Positions 1 through 14,859 of a stretch of DNA of 64,000 nt are shown here, one piece after another. The position numbers and the translations under genes are program-made. Position 1 is the first letter of the stretch, and every line of letters starts with the position of its first letter. The notes under the pieces were generated by a model. The model had not been told where the DNA came from. It did no database searches and saw nothing but the letters and a program-made list of their open reading frames with translations. This DNA is from Eledone cirrhosa. Lineage: Eukaryota. The stretch covers positions 230,888,001 to 230,952,000 of the forward strand of contig OZ024742.1 in assembly GCA_964016885.1 (NCBI GenBank), read 5' to 3'.

Positions 1-275
1 TAGTGTTTACTCTGTGTGTGTGTGTGCAGTACAGCCACTCCACTTCGCTGGGTCCGCACTTGTGGATAGCCAAGTCCGCACCGATAACAGTGAGTAGAGA
101 TGTGGTCTTGGGAGCAAGAACGCTGGAAGTCTCCACTGCCACCGGTTCAACAACAATCTGTATGCTATAAAATGACTATTCAAAACAAACAACAGATATC
201 GTATTTTAGAAGAGTCTCCTATACCAATAATAGATGTTTATTTGAAAGGATATACGGTATGTTTATATATATAAT

Positions 276-495
276 TATTTCTAATATAGGCACAAGGCCA
301 GTAATTGGGGGGGGGGGGCAATTAAATCGACCCCAGTACGTTACTTGAGCTTTATTTTATCGACGCCGTAAGGATGAAAGGCAAAGTTAACCTCGATGGG
401 ATTTGAACGACATACGGTCTGGCCGTAAAGGGCCGCAACTCTATGCTGCAAAGCATGGTGTCCGACTCTCTACCGATACTGCCAATCCACCGCCC
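276..495 (-). mobile_element. tRNA-derived SINE, family 1 (octopus-type)
   Basis: Reverse complement matches the copies at 7333, 37062, 48883 and 50194 (head GGCGGTGGATTGGCAGTATCGG, core CTTTCATCCTTACGG..TCGATAAAATAAAG). Flanked by TATGTTTATATAT at 258-270 and 498-510, a likely TSD. Confidence 0.85.
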
Positions 496-514
496 TATAT
501 GTTTATATATAATA

Positions 515-820
515 AACATACATGTCTCGCTATAAATGTTTTAAGCTATGATCGTGTAACAACTATCTCAATAGCCGTGTGAGAATGCCACATAAGTATT
601 TCAGGGTTTTTGTCCATCGGTGACGTCTTTTCACTAGGCACTGAAACAAGAATAACCTGTAGCCTATATACTTTGTGCGAATAAAACATTCGCTGGAGAT
701 GCCCATTTCCATATAATGCTAGCTTAAGCTGAAACTCGTGTCTGGCGTTCTCACGCGACTACTAGGTTAGTTGTAACATGATCACAAGTAAAACATTCTA
801 AGCGATATTTATGTATTGTA
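515..820. repeat. old degenerate fold-back element
   Basis: ~520-600 is an imperfect reverse complement of ~735-815. A decayed hammerhead-like CTGGAGA...GAAACTCGTGTC lies at ~693-742. Confidence 0.5.
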
Positions 821-1080
821 TATGCCTTCATATACACCACCAGTATTATGAATCTCGCTATTTAAGTGGTACTGTTAATCAGCTATACAAACTTTCATTC
901 TGAATATGGATACTACTTTAGTCGGACAGAAACCTTACAGCTAAGGAAAACATTGATCGTAGGAAAAAGCAACAAGAAGATTGTTTTACGCTGTTTGTTC
1001 CGGCTCACTACACTCGTAGGTTCCACCAAGATCAACTCGACCTTTCATCCTTATAGATTCGATAAAGTACTGTGGTCGAT

Positions 1081-1083
<3 letters not shown>

Positions 1084-1153
<70 letters not shown>

Positions 1154-1360
1154 TCTCTCTCTCTCGCCCTTCTCTTCTATCTCTTCTCTCTCTCGCCCTT
1201 CTCGTCTCTCTCCTTTCCATCACTTTTCTCTTTCCTTTCCTTTCCTCTCTCTTTCTTTTTACTCATCCCTCCCTTTCTTTCTCCTCGTCTCTCCCCTTTC
1301 TCATCTCTCTTTTCTCTCCATTCCTCCCCTCCCCCTCTCTCTCTCTCTCTCTCTCTCTCC
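1084..1360. repeat. (CT)n microsatellite and pyrimidine-rich tract
   Basis: Read directly from the sequence. Confidence 0.95.
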
Positions 1361-2427
1361 TGCAACGTGAGATGATGTCATGGTGACCGCGTTTAAAAGG
1401 CAGTTCCCTTTCCAGAAATGATGAATATTTCAAAAATGTGCTAAAAGTAAAGGAAAATCAGTTGAGATAAAAACGTTGTATTGTAATGGGGCCGGGTGGC
1501 GGCACTCCTCCTGCTAAAGAGGGGGCTAGAAAAAAGAATTTAATCTAATAAAATCACACCCACACTATCTGAAAAAAAGAAATATATTATGTATGTCTAG
1601 AAGCTCCGTCGATTTCTACGATGAGTATTTAGTTGTTCGACCAATTGAGAGTCCAATTCGTGAACTAAAGTGTACGTAATTGAAAGTCATTTGAAACGTG
1701 CCACCTATGAGGCTATGTCTTCATTAGTGCTTTGGAAACCACAAGCAGTCACTAATAACAGGGGGCGCAAGCTCTCCTATCCCAATGTCATTTCCTGAGA
1801 TTCTGGTATTGAAATCCAGGACTTGGTAACGGGAATGGACGACAGCCCCACGGGGAGATCAATTGTTGAGTCCATTTCGGCCGCCGGAGGAGGATGTACG
1901 TATTTCAGTATTCTACAGAGACATATATCGTTAACGTAATCCTCCAAAACCAAATCATCTTCACAGAGTATGTGACAAAGCTGGAGCTGTCAAATATAAT
2001 TACAGGTCTTCCGACTGGCTTTCTGGATAGATTCTGTCTACCTAATTCTACCTCAAAGGCTTCGGTAATAATGTGATCGAAACCGGAAATTCATGATCGA
2101 GAAACGAACTGTTTAACTAATCAGCCATAGCCAGGTTCCAGATATACGGTATCTGAAAACACAACGCGGTGGTCATATCTGGAATGACCTTGATCTAGGT
2201 CTGTTTTATCAGAGATCAAGTGAATATAAAGACTCTAGAACACCTTTGTATTATGTTGTACCATCCCCTCGTCCCCTCTGTCACTATCTATCTCTGTATA
2301 TGTGTGTGTGTATGAGTGCGTGTGTGTGTGTATGTATGTGTGTGTGTGGGTGGGTGCGCGCGCGCGCGTGTGTGTGTGTGTGTGTGTCCACACACATAAT
2401 ATATATATACACACACAAACACAAACG

Positions 2428-2481
<54 letters not shown>

Positions 2482-3369
2482 GGCAGGAATGAAGATGTTA
2501 GTGTGCTGGCCAATTCACAAAATTCACCACAAAACCCGTCAGGGACACACTTGTCAGTTTTCATCCTCAACGGTAATTGCTTTCCTTGTATAGACAAATG
2601 CTTCCAGAATCACATGAGACTAGCAATGGATAAATTATGGGAGATTTGTGACTTTTCTCCAAAACATTACTGACTTTAACTGAAAGAAAAATGACAAAAC
2701 TGGATATCAAAAATGTTTCTTGGAATCGTTTCTTACTTGAATTTATAACTTCGTTATGGTGCTCACGTTTGCTCTACGGTTGATTATCGGTGCTAAATTC
2801 AAAGCAGAACGGAGAAACTCTGTTATTGAAGCTGAATATATCCATGCCAAGATTTTACCGATAAAAAACGAATCATTCAAGATAATGTACGAGTGGAGTT
2901 TAGAGAAATGGTTATGATACTATAAAATAAAATACAAGTCTTTCCTTCTTTTTATATATTGTAAAATGGGAACTAGAACTGCTTATCTTTGGGAGAAATA
3001 TAGAGAAAAGCGTCACATTTTTGTTTGTTTGTCTTTTATTGTTTGGGGGAGTTTTTATTAGTTATTTTCCTTATTCGACTTTGTTATCGTGCATCAAATA
3101 TTTAATGACTACTGCATTAATTTATGGTTGTTTTGGGACAACCGGTGTAATGCAGATTAGAAATAAATGAGTGAAAACTATAGTAGTGTAAAGTAAGAAG
3201 ACAAGACGACAGTTTACGCTGTTTATAATCATAACCCCATATCTCACAATGCTTCATATAAATTATACATTAATTTGTTTCACAATCATACAGGGCTATT
3301 ATGCCATCATATATATAGTGTGTATCAAGCTTTGATATATTTAAAAGTGTATTAAATACTTTTGATACC

Positions 3370-3947
3370 AACCCGTCTCAAAGTGGCCTTGGTTCTATGT
3401 TACAAAGCTGTTTAATTTAAAGTTTGTGTATTTATCTAAAACTCTCCATTATGTGAGTACCTTTGTTAATTTATACTCCAAATACCAGCTTAATAATGTA
3501 AAGTTAGATAATTTTAATTCTCCACAAAATTCTTTATTATTTTCAAAATGAATTAAAAATCATAATGAAATTATTTGAAATATGGTGACGAAAGGATTGA
3601 ATTGTTTGTAGTTTGTTAAAAAGGTTCCATCATAATTTTATGTAATAACCTTTATTAAGCTATCCTCCAAACACCAACTTAATAAAAAAAAAAGATGCTA
3701 GTTATTTTACTAAATCCCTCCAAATTCTCTATTGTTTTTTAATCATAAGCATATTTCGTTAGAAATATGGTAAAAATTTCATCATAATTTCTTTTGAAAA
3801 TGTTTCTCTAAGTTCTGCTTCAAATGCCAATTTAATATTATTAACGTTAGCTATTTTACGAAATCTCTCTAAACATTCTATTATTCTCAAAATGATTTGA
3901 AAATCATAAACTGATTTTCATTGGAAAGATGTTAATAAAAAGGTTAA
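3370..3947. repeat. three degenerate tandem copies of a dispersed ~170-200 bp repeat
   Basis: Recurring ACCA[A/G]CTTAATAA...TTATTTTACTAAA...TTATTTTCAAAAT...GAAATATGGT motifs, with similar sequence at ~16850-17110. The end AAAAGGTTAA resembles a TTAA-type (piggyBac-like) MITE terminus. Confidence 0.5.
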
Positions 3948-3949
3948 GG

Positions 3950-4267
3950 CAATGATTCCCAACGTGGGCGCACGCCCTACAGGGGAGCAATTTGAATATT
4001 CAAGGTGGGTAATTTGAAAATTATGTTAATGAAGCAAACTTCACTTTTTATCTTATTACTTTTACACCAAGGCAATTTTGGAACAAACTACTGTCAGAAA
4101 CTCCTGTCTCACCTCCTCCACACATGTTATTATGCATCTGGCATCAACCATACACCAATTTGTTTACACTTTGTAGTTGATCATCGCTGTTTTTATATCA
4201 GACTGGGGCATAAAAATGTTTGAGATGTTGTGGTGGGGCATGGGGCAAAAAAGGTTGGGAACCACTG
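3950..4267. mobile_element. non-autonomous hAT-superfamily MITE
   Basis: TIRs CAATGATTCCCAAC (3950) and GTTGGGAACCACTG (4254-4267). Perfect 8-bp TSD GGTTAAGG at 3942-3949 and 4268-4275. Confidence 0.88.
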
Positions 4268-4439
4268 GGTTAAGGTAATCAACAATGAGTTCAGTGTTAT
4301 AAAATATATAAAACAAAGATGTGAAACATATCTCTCTTCCTACGATGTTTCACTCAAAACAGAAACACGAAGAAATTCGTTCTAAAGTCACCTCGACATC
4401 GTTGGAAAGCATGAAGTAGTTTTCGTTTCGTTTTATTTT

Positions 4440-4572
4440 ATTTGCTCATTTTATTATCGTCTCAAGATATCTCAAAATGTTTGAATTTCACATTCTTATT
4501 TCATAAATAAATTGCAGTAATTTATTTATGAAATAAGCATGTGAAAGTCAAACATTTTGACATACCTTGAGA
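4440..4572. repeat. ~130 bp near-perfect palindrome
   Basis: TCTCAAGATATCTCAAAATGTTTGA...ATAAATAAATT GCAGT AATTTATTTATG...TCAAACATTTTGACATACCTTGAGA. Confidence 0.85.
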
Positions 4573-4627
4573 ACTTTTGTTCAACTCACTGAATCTGCAA
4601 TAAAAACACATACACGTACATACACAT

Positions 4628-4725
<98 letters not shown>

Positions 4726-4786
4726 CCTTATCGAGCCCTCTTTGGATTTTAGTCTTCAAATTTATTATTATTACTTTATATATATA

Positions 4787-5592
<806 letters not shown>

Positions 5593-5720
5593 TTAAAATA
5601 ACAGATTAAAGTTTAAGCAAAGAATCGCCGCTTTCACCCTTTCTAAAACTAAAAAAATCAATCTGTGAACGCAGAAGTGAATATTTCGAAAAACGTTGTA
5701 ACCGAAGGAAAACAGGAAGA
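5593..5720 (-). mobile_element. (TA)n-associated short element, family shared with 38170-38282 and 52233-52315
   Basis: Shared CTTCTGCGT..CAGATTGATTTTT...GGGTGAAAGC...GCTTAAACTTTAATCTGT(TA)n. The 38170 copy retains CAGATGA-CCCC GCTTT GGGT-GAAA. Confidence 0.6.
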
Positions 5721-6033
5721 TCATACTTTGGTTCGTGAAGACGTTCCCTGGCAATGAACGGAAAATAACGAACATAATACGTCATCAATGTTCGTCAGAA
5801 TGTCGTAATGCAGACAGCAGGCATACAGACAGATATTATAAGAGCGCGACGGAGATGGATAACAGGCGCCTAACACCTCTTTAGCAACAGAAAATTGAAA
5901 AATAAAAGCTGCAGTTAATATCTTTTAGACCGCAAGGAATATATAAATGCAAGTTTGAAGTCAATCGGAAAGTGGATTTGTATAGACTTTGCAAAAATGA
6001 GGACACACACACAGATATAACTACAGTTTTATA

Positions 6034-6103
<70 letters not shown>

Positions 6104-6111
6104 TATGCATC

Positions 6112-6157
<46 letters not shown>

Positions 6158-6160
<3 letters not shown>

Positions 6161-6319
6161 CGAAGGAAATGTGCTAAGGAACCAGATGGACCATAACGCA
6201 CCAAAGTACTCAATACTTAGGGTAGTAGAGTAGGTAATAGGAACGAGTAGGACCCCGACGGCTGAGCTCAAGCCGTTTCGACTGCTAATTCTGGACGCCG
6301 TCGGGGTCCTACTCGTTCC

Positions 6320-6321
<2 letters not shown>
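6158..6321 (-). mobile_element. (TA)n-embedded fold-back element, family A (3' half of hammerhead)
   Basis: Near-identical to copies at 9828, 15797, 34378, 44827 and 55697. Sense strand reads GAAA-CGGCT-TGAGCTC-AGCCG-TC-GGGGTCC. TA arrays on both sides. Confidence 0.85.
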
Positions 6322-6352
<31 letters not shown>

Positions 6353-7053
6353 GCATGTATGTATGTATATATATATATATACAACCGCAAAAGAAGACGT
6401 GGGAAACCGCATGTGCCACGAGGTTGACTTTGCCTTTCATCCTTACGGGTTCGATAAAATAAAGTACCAGTAATGAACTGGGTGATTGCTGGCCTTGTGC
6501 CTAAAGTAGAAACAAATATTAGCAACAAGTTCAAACTCTAGGGTCTTCGGCCGTCGAAATAGACGTACATAGTTTTAACCCCTGCCGATTGTACTGCTGG
6601 TCCATCTGGATTGCAATTTCTGACAAAATAGTCAAACACTGCGCTTGTATTAGGACGAAAACAAAACTAAACGTATGTGTTTTTGTGTGTGTGTGTCCTC
6701 TTTTCCAGGTCTAACTGGCCCATTCTGCCACGTACTATATATATATATAGAAGCTCAACATTCTTTATGTAGGCGGACAGTACCTGATTTTGGAGTCGCA
6801 GAAACCAATACTGGATTTTACCATCAGTCCAGGGTCCGGGAAAGTATCAACACATATATTTTTATTGTTTGACCCCGAATTACTTGGTCGTTTGTTTTGG
6901 CTATGCGGATGATATGGTTAACCATCATCTCAGTGTGTTTGGCCCTTAACGTATGTTGTAGCTCTGATTCATATGATTCATCGAGCGCTTGCCACACATA
7001 TCGGACGTTGATTTTCGTTAATTCCTGAGCTGAAAACGATTCTCGGTAATTTA

Positions 7054-7114
<61 letters not shown>

Positions 7115-7332
7115 ATATTGTCTACACAATGCAGATATCTATAATTGATGATTGTTGATAGGTTGACTAATATACCACTAGACACGGACAGCATTGAACA
7201 GAGACGCCTGCAGGAAACAAGGGCGTTTTTATGTCCCTCAAGAATCACTGTCCATTTTCTTTTCTGTTTCTAGGTGTACTTTCTCTGAAGTATTCAACTA
7301 TTGTTTATAGTTATCAATTAGTATTATGTGGA

Positions 7333-7680
7333 GGGCGGTGGATTGGCAGTATTGGTTGAGGGTCGGCCACCATGCTTTGAAGCATAGAGTTACCTCCCTT
7401 CATGATCTGAGTTCAAATCCCGCCGAGGTTAACTTTTCCTTTCATCCTTACGGGGTCGATAAAATAAAGTACAAGTAATGCACTGGGATAATTGCTGGCC
7501 TGGTGCCAAAAGTAGAAACAATTATTATGTGGATTAGCAGTATCGGTAGAGGGTCGGACTTCATGCCGTGACGCATAGAGTTACGGCCCTTGCCATTCTG
7601 AGTTCAAATCCCGCCGAGTTTAACTTTGCCCTTCATCCTTACGGGGTCGATAAAATAAAGTACCAGTAATTGCTGGCCAT
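7333..7680 (+). mobile_element. two adjacent family-1 SINEs
   Basis: A box TGGCAGTATTGG and B box GAGTTCAAATCC. The first copy is flanked by TATTATGTGGA at 7322-7332 and 7523-7533. Confidence 0.9.
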
Positions 7681-8629
7681 GTATTGTAAGTTAACCAAGT
7701 GTTTAGTTTTGTTTGTCTATCAAATGTTTAATATATTTCCTAATTACTTTGTAGTTAATGACGACTTAATTGCGTTTCATTTTTCTGTTACCCTCAATGA
7801 TTGTTTTTGTTTTTTTGTTTTGTTTTTTTGTTGTTTTTTTTTGTTACTGTTATATATTTACAATATTGAATGATGTCATGAGAGTGTTTAAAGCCTTTTT
7901 ACCGTTGTTCGTTACATTACTTTCTATAACTATTGTTTTCCCTGCAACAGTTGCACTTAAAAAAGAAGAAACAAATACAGAAAATTATGCATTCCACTTA
8001 AGCTATTTTGAGATAAAGATCTTTTGACAATATATACATGAATGAGAAAATAAGAATGCAATCCAGGAAAACTGTAGGGTAGAAAACGTTTTACTTCAAC
8101 AAATCAATTTATCAGGAGAAAATATCCGCAAACATTCTAAGTAAAAGTCGAAGATAATATATATATAAGTATATATTTTGTTGTTGTTGTTTAAGAAATC
8201 AGAACTAAAAATTAACTAAAAATAATAATGGCGTAGAATTGTTAAGAATCAGCGCCATTTGCTTTTACAATGTGATTGACATTTTTGCTAACACTTATAA
8301 TATATTTTATGCTCAGCATGCCTTCGATATCGGAATTCATAAATAAATATTTCTTGATATGAAACAAAGCTGACAGCGTGTCTCAGGAACGTATCGAAAT
8401 AAGAAATATCATCAGTACAGTGGTAAGATTAAAGCCAGTATGAATATCTTCTAAATAACAAACTAACATTCGCGGATTATTAGATTACAATGTATGCTAC
8501 ATTCCCCATAGTGTTTGAATATTTGTTATGTTGTTATTAACGGCAGCAATTGTGTTGAAGTCGCCATTACATCTCCATTAACCTTTTTATATTCTAGTAG
8601 TTTAGACAACTCAATAATGATTTACGCAC

Positions 8630-9078
8630 ACACATACATTACATACACATACATACATTCATACACACACACATACATACATACATACACACATACATAC
8701 ATATATACATACATACATACATACATGTATTCATACATACATACATACATACATACATACATACATACATACATACATACATACATACATACATACATAC
8801 CTACCTACCTACCTACCTACCTACCTACATACATACATACATACATACCTACCTACCTACCTACCTACCTACCTACCTACATACATACATACATACATAC
8901 ATACCTACCTACCTACCTACCTACCTACCTACCTACCTACCTACCTACCTACCTACCTACCTACCTACCTACCTACCTACCTACCTACCTACCTACCTAC
9001 CTACCTACCTACCTACCTACCTACCTACATACATACATACATACATACATACATACATACATACATACATACATACAT
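8630..9078. repeat. compound (TACA)n/(TACC)n microsatellite
   Basis: Read directly; accounts for ORF 8515..9138. Confidence 0.97.
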
Positions 9079-9557
9079 AATGGGGTGGCGGGCATAATTC
9101 CACTCGTTTGGAAACCCAAACGTCAGATGAGCTATTGATTCCAGAGTCGGACTAGATCCTGACCGATAATGCCTTGAGCTGATTGACTGCAAATTGTTTC
9201 ACGGATGAATAATTAATGTATATATATACATATGATACTAAATTGATACTTTGTTCCCGCTTGCTTATTATTAACACTCTGCATGTTACAGCTATCACAC
9301 TCTGGTGACGACGAATCCTACATTGACATAACTTTATCCCCGTAATAAAATTGAGTGCTGAAACTGGAGACCATCAGTAGCTTATCGTTACACACCAAAC
9401 AACTATATATAGTTAAAAGAGAGTAAGAAACATAGTATACATATACATACAGTATATACATACTGTATATACATATATATGTATATACATATATATATTT
9501 CGTTTCTGAATTTGTTTAGCAAGATTCTTTATTGGCAACATGACCCTCCCAAAGTAT

Positions 9558-9616
<59 letters not shown>

Positions 9617-9660
9617 TAGATATAGATATAGATATATATATAGATATATATATATGTTTA

Positions 9661-9742
<82 letters not shown>

Positions 9743-9827
9743 CGAACGAATCAGAAATAGTAAAAGTTTTCTCTGAATGAAATAATATAAAAATCACTCT
9801 CTATCTAATATATATATATATATATAT

Positions 9828-9972
9828 ATAACGGAGGAAATGTGGTAAGGAACCAGGTGTACCATAACGCACCAAAGTACTCAATACTTAGGGTAGTAGA
9901 GTGGGTAATAGGAACGAGTAGGACCCCGACGGAACGGCTTGAGCTCAGCCGTCGGGGTCCTACTCGTTCCTA
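9828..9972 (-). mobile_element. family A fold-back element
   Basis: Same family as 6158; folds back within the helix III region; TA-flanked. Confidence 0.85.
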
Positions 9973-10127
9973 TAAATATATATATATATATATATATGCA
10001 AAAGTTTTATTTAAAATTGTTGGGTTACAACAAGTAAATATTTTATAACTGATATAAAGCACTCAACACATTTTGGAGTAGATATACGATATTAAACAAA
10101 TGGAAACTATATTTATAAAACCATATT

Positions 10128-10193
10128 TATTTCATTATACATATTTCGGGGATACCATATTAAAAATGTGGCATGCCTTCTTCAGATAAAATA
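10128..10193 (-). ncRNA. type I minimal hammerhead ribozyme motif
   Basis: Minus strand: TATTTTAT-CTGAAGA-(imperfect hairpin AGGCATGCCACATT TTT AATATGGTATCCCC)-GAAA-T ATGT A-TA-ATGAAATA. Helix I pairs with one G-U. Lies in a ~260 bp segment between TA arrays. Confidence 0.7.
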
Positions 10194-10276
10194 CAATATA
10201 TAAACAGTTTTATAAATAATTTTGACGTACCATAAATATTGATCAACTTTTATGTAAGAAGTTGGTCTGCTTATCT

Positions 10277-10329
<53 letters not shown>

Positions 10330-10519
10330 TATATATATATGTATATATTCCCTGGATTTCACAAAATTCTATGGATAAATCCAACTCTTGATTTTTTTGA
10401 ATTTAGTTTGAATTATTTTCCTACATCTTACGTTAACTATTTTTCCATTTTGACGTTATAGTCACTTATATATTATGAAATACTGTTGGCTTCACGCTCA
10501 CAAAAATTTCTATACTTTC

Positions 10520-10585
<66 letters not shown>

Positions 10586-10651
10586 GCATATATATATATG
10601 TATTAATAACTGACAGTTGAAAATTGCAAACTTGACTGTCACCACATATTA

Positions 10652-10690
10652 TGAACCTGAAGATTGCGAAAGCATGAAAGTACTTGTTCA
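10652..10690 (+). ncRNA. type I minimal hammerhead ribozyme motif
   Basis: TGAAC-CTGAAGA-TTGC GAAA GCAT-GAAA-G TA C-TT-GTTCA. Perfect helix I, GNRA-capped helix II, palindromic AAGTACTT helix III. Confidence 0.75.
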
Positions 10691-10848
10691 ATTAACACTT
10701 AGAATTTAATATTCTACCATACTATTTCATTATAATACCATTATAAATTTTAAAGGATTGTAAATAAAACGAGTAAATCAGGCAAAGTTGGAATTCCTTT
10801 TATTAATATAATCTTCCATACACAATCATACACACCCGTGTATATTTA

Positions 10849-10944
<96 letters not shown>

Positions 10945-11807
10945 TGAGCGTGTGTGCGTGCGTGTGGGGGTGATAGAGAGAGAGAAAGTAATGTTTCGTT
11001 TCAGATTACCAACTCAACTTACTCCTCGTCACTTTAATATCTCAATGTCTGCCGATGATAACTCAGTTAATAATGATTAATCACCTGTTTCCAATATCTA
11101 TATGGTCAATGTGACATCGAGTTAAAATTATATTAAATGGTCTGATAAAAACTAGACGGTAAAATGATACTTATTATGTTTTCTATGAGGAGACGCAGTA
11201 TGTTCTCCGCAGCCGTTCTCCGTGGCAATGGTTTCGCCATCTTGTCCACAGGGTTGCAGTTGAAATTTAGCGTATAGTCAAAGTTTTAGATGCTGCTCCG
11301 TAAGTTTGAATGACTGGTGCAGCGGGTAACACACGCTATTTTCTGTGGAAATGCTTTCACCATTTTCCTCTGTGAACGCAGATGGGATATACCGTCCAGC
11401 CAAGAGCGTAGAGAATTCTCCCTTCCCATTTTTCTCCATCCCTTTTGTTTACTTTTTTTGACCTCTTGTGATAAAAGGTGCAGTTGTTTAACCGGACAAA
11501 AAGATGTAATTTATTACTTGAGTCCTGATGTATTAGAGTCTTCGTGGGTTAAACTGTGTTTAAAATCATAACCATTGAAATAAAACAGGATCTGCTTTCT
11601 CATGTGTTATATGTTCTTATCATCACGATTATTATCCTCATCATTACCATCATTATCATCAACACCATCATCATCATCACCAATATCATCATGTCCTCTC
11701 AGCTCTCAGCAGGCTCAATATCATGGATCACCACTCGTGTCTTTGTTGTGCTGTCTTTCTAACATTCCCTGTAATTGATGCCTGTTGAATTATTGATATT
11801 ATCCATT

Positions 11808-11863
<56 letters not shown>

Positions 11864-14476
11864 GAGAGAGACAGAGAGAGAGAGAGAGGGGGGGGAGAGA
11901 GAAATAGATAGATACTTTATATACCTTTCAAACATTAGAGACCCACAAAATATACTTATTAATCTGGAAATCAGACAGAGCTGTGGACTTAGGAGATTTA
12001 CTTCGTACCATGTCCAATCCCACTTGAAATCACTGATAAAGTTTTATCTACCTATCATAGCCTACGGTCGAGCAAATTTGATAGACAGAAGTTGTGAGGA
12101 ATTCGTCGGATATATACAATGTCGGTTTCCCAAATCCCTCTCTACAGTTATTGGCACTCGTGATGGTGTGATAAGCAACACTTGCTTAACGTGTCGCTCT
12201 GTGGGTGATCGAACTCGGAAACACATAGTTACGAAATGAACTACCCAAACAATTCAACCTTATGACTGAGAGTTCGGAGCAGTCGCTTCACCCATTTGGT
12301 ATCACTTTACTTAAACGACATATTGTAGATGTCGTTCTTTTATTGCTTTACTATATGATAAATTTATGATGCGTATATAGAAAGATAAAAACTGAATCAG
12401 TATCAATTTCATTATGAGAGGTTGGCACGTGATGATGTTACAATTATCATTAGTACTACAATTGATTTTTTTATGTATGAACGCTTCAGTAATTGAACAA
12501 AATTTGAACGTGTAAAGGATCTTCATCGGTTTTGACAATACGTATTCCAGTTGTTTGATCAATGGGAAAGTAACAAACAAATATATGGGCTCTCCATAGG
12601 CACGTGTACGTCTCACGTTCTCTCATGGAAGGTCAGCGCGACACAGTCTGTACCTTTAAATTACAAGTGCAGTTCATCTGAGGGCCTTCTAAATTTGTTA
12701 TCATATTTCAAAAGCAGCCAATTTGGAACTAAACCACAACTTGGTATAAAGGGTAGTCAGATTGAAAAATGGGATCAGGCAATGAGTTACTACATATCTA
12801 CATTATTCCCTAATTTGCCAACTTAAACATCGCGAAAACAATTGTAGATGAGTAAATCACAAATTCTGTTCTGATAGTTTCGTCTATGGAATTATCTTCC
12901 AGCTTCTTCCTATCATGACCATTGCAATTCGTAAAAATTCGAAAGCAACATGAATCACCATGTTTTCTTTCCTAGAATTATGTTCTCCCTGTCGTGTCCT
13001 TTCCCCTCCTCAGTAACGCTTGCATTTTGATAGCATTATTGACTTGCTTGAGGGGAGTATATTAAAACAAAAATCATCTTAAACTATTTAGTATTGTACA
13101 TATGAGGTGGTCTGAGATTAAATCATTTATGCTCAGATCTACTATCTGTAAACTCAGAGTCGTAACTGGATTAATATCTAATTATACTACATAAAAATTT
13201 TTTTTTTTTTTAGTGTAAGAGCGCGTGTTTTAGAATTTTGTGTTTGGATCACAATCATAAGGTCCTGAGTTTGATTCTCCGACCGGCCAGTCTATCGTTT
13301 TCTTAAGCAAGATACCTTATTTCCCATTGCTCGAGTCTATTCAGCTGATCAAAATCAGTTACGACGATGGCTTTTGATTTTTCCTTGAACAACATTTAAA
13401 TCGTGAAAAGGAAAAACAAGCATGCAGAGGCAACTGCTATTCTTTCAGAAAATATCCTTCACAGGCTTGTACAGACCAGTGTTCAGTCAGACATGGGTAT
13501 TAAAAACAATCGCCTGTCATGTCCGAAGGATGTCATTTCCATTTTTTAATATACGTTCTGAAATTATTCTGATGTAAGAAAGAAATGATCTAGTTTTCCA
13601 CAAAACACCTTGCATAGCTTGCACCTTGATTACATTTTCCAGATGTAAGCTCAGAGTCAGTAATGACCAAAGTTAGTATAGTAGGTCTTTTTATACAGTT
13701 ATAACCAAAGTTGGTATCGTGAAAGAGAGCTCTTTATATGTAGGTCTTTTTATACAATAAACAAAGGCAGAAAACTAGTTTTGGAGAAGGATAAAAATCG
13801 AATGTTAAAATCAAATCTATTCGCACGACAATAAATAAATCAAAAGATATATTCATAAAATACAAACAAAAAGCAGTACAAAACAAATATGTTTTAAAAA
13901 CGTCTGTATTATTTGATAGTTTTAGTGATTTCTAGAACAATCAAATTTAAATAACTAATTTTTTTTTTTTTTTACTAATTTAATCACGAACTTTCTTTAA
14001 TGAAATAAGAATATCAATTAAATTGAAATATGCCATATCGAAGCTTAATTAGGTTATCGATATTCCTTGCATGGGCAATAATCATTATCAGCTGCACACT
14101 CCCACAGATAAGCATTCTTCAGCACATACTAATTGAAATTGAATACTTCGATCATACGAAAAGCATACATTTGTGTATATGCACTTCTGTGTATAAGAAT
14201 CATATATGCGTGGAAATATATGTATGTGTCAACCATTACATATATAACAACAAACACTAATGTCTTATGCTATACGAAATTCCACAACACACACACATAT
14301 ATATATATATAAGTATATATATATACATATATATATATGATATATATATGAATATACACACGCACACACACACACATATATATACATATATACATGATAT
14401 ATATGTATACATATACATTTATATATATACATATATATATATTTATATATATATATACATATATATATATAGATGG

Positions 14477-14518
<42 letters not shown>

Positions 14519-14859
14519 AATTAGTCACAAGGACATACACATACGCATACGTCAACACAAAACATTACACTAACGCATGCATGAACAAGTGGCTAAGCAT
14601 GCACATACATACATACATACATACATACATACATACATGGTGGCTGCCAACTCGTTTTCGAGTACGGCCACTACTTTATATCCATGTAGGAGAACCTCTA
14701 CCGATGCACTGAACGAGTGTGACTTTTTAGTCCAGCCAGCGACTTGAAAACTCTGGTACAAACACTACACTTGTGACAATTATTGACACATAGTGCTGGG
14801 CCCATGGTACCATGTGACGACAAGTGCAGAGAGATCTCCAGATATAAAGCAATGCTTCT

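Noticed and set aside
7333-7430. tRNA gene
   Set aside because: A and B boxes are present but there is no cloverleaf; it is the head of a multi-copy SINE.
7878-8027. Signal-peptide-like MRVFKAFLPLFVTLLSITIVFPATVA
   Set aside because: Short, with no recognisable mature domain or clear splice support; hydrophobic runs arise easily in T-rich DNA.
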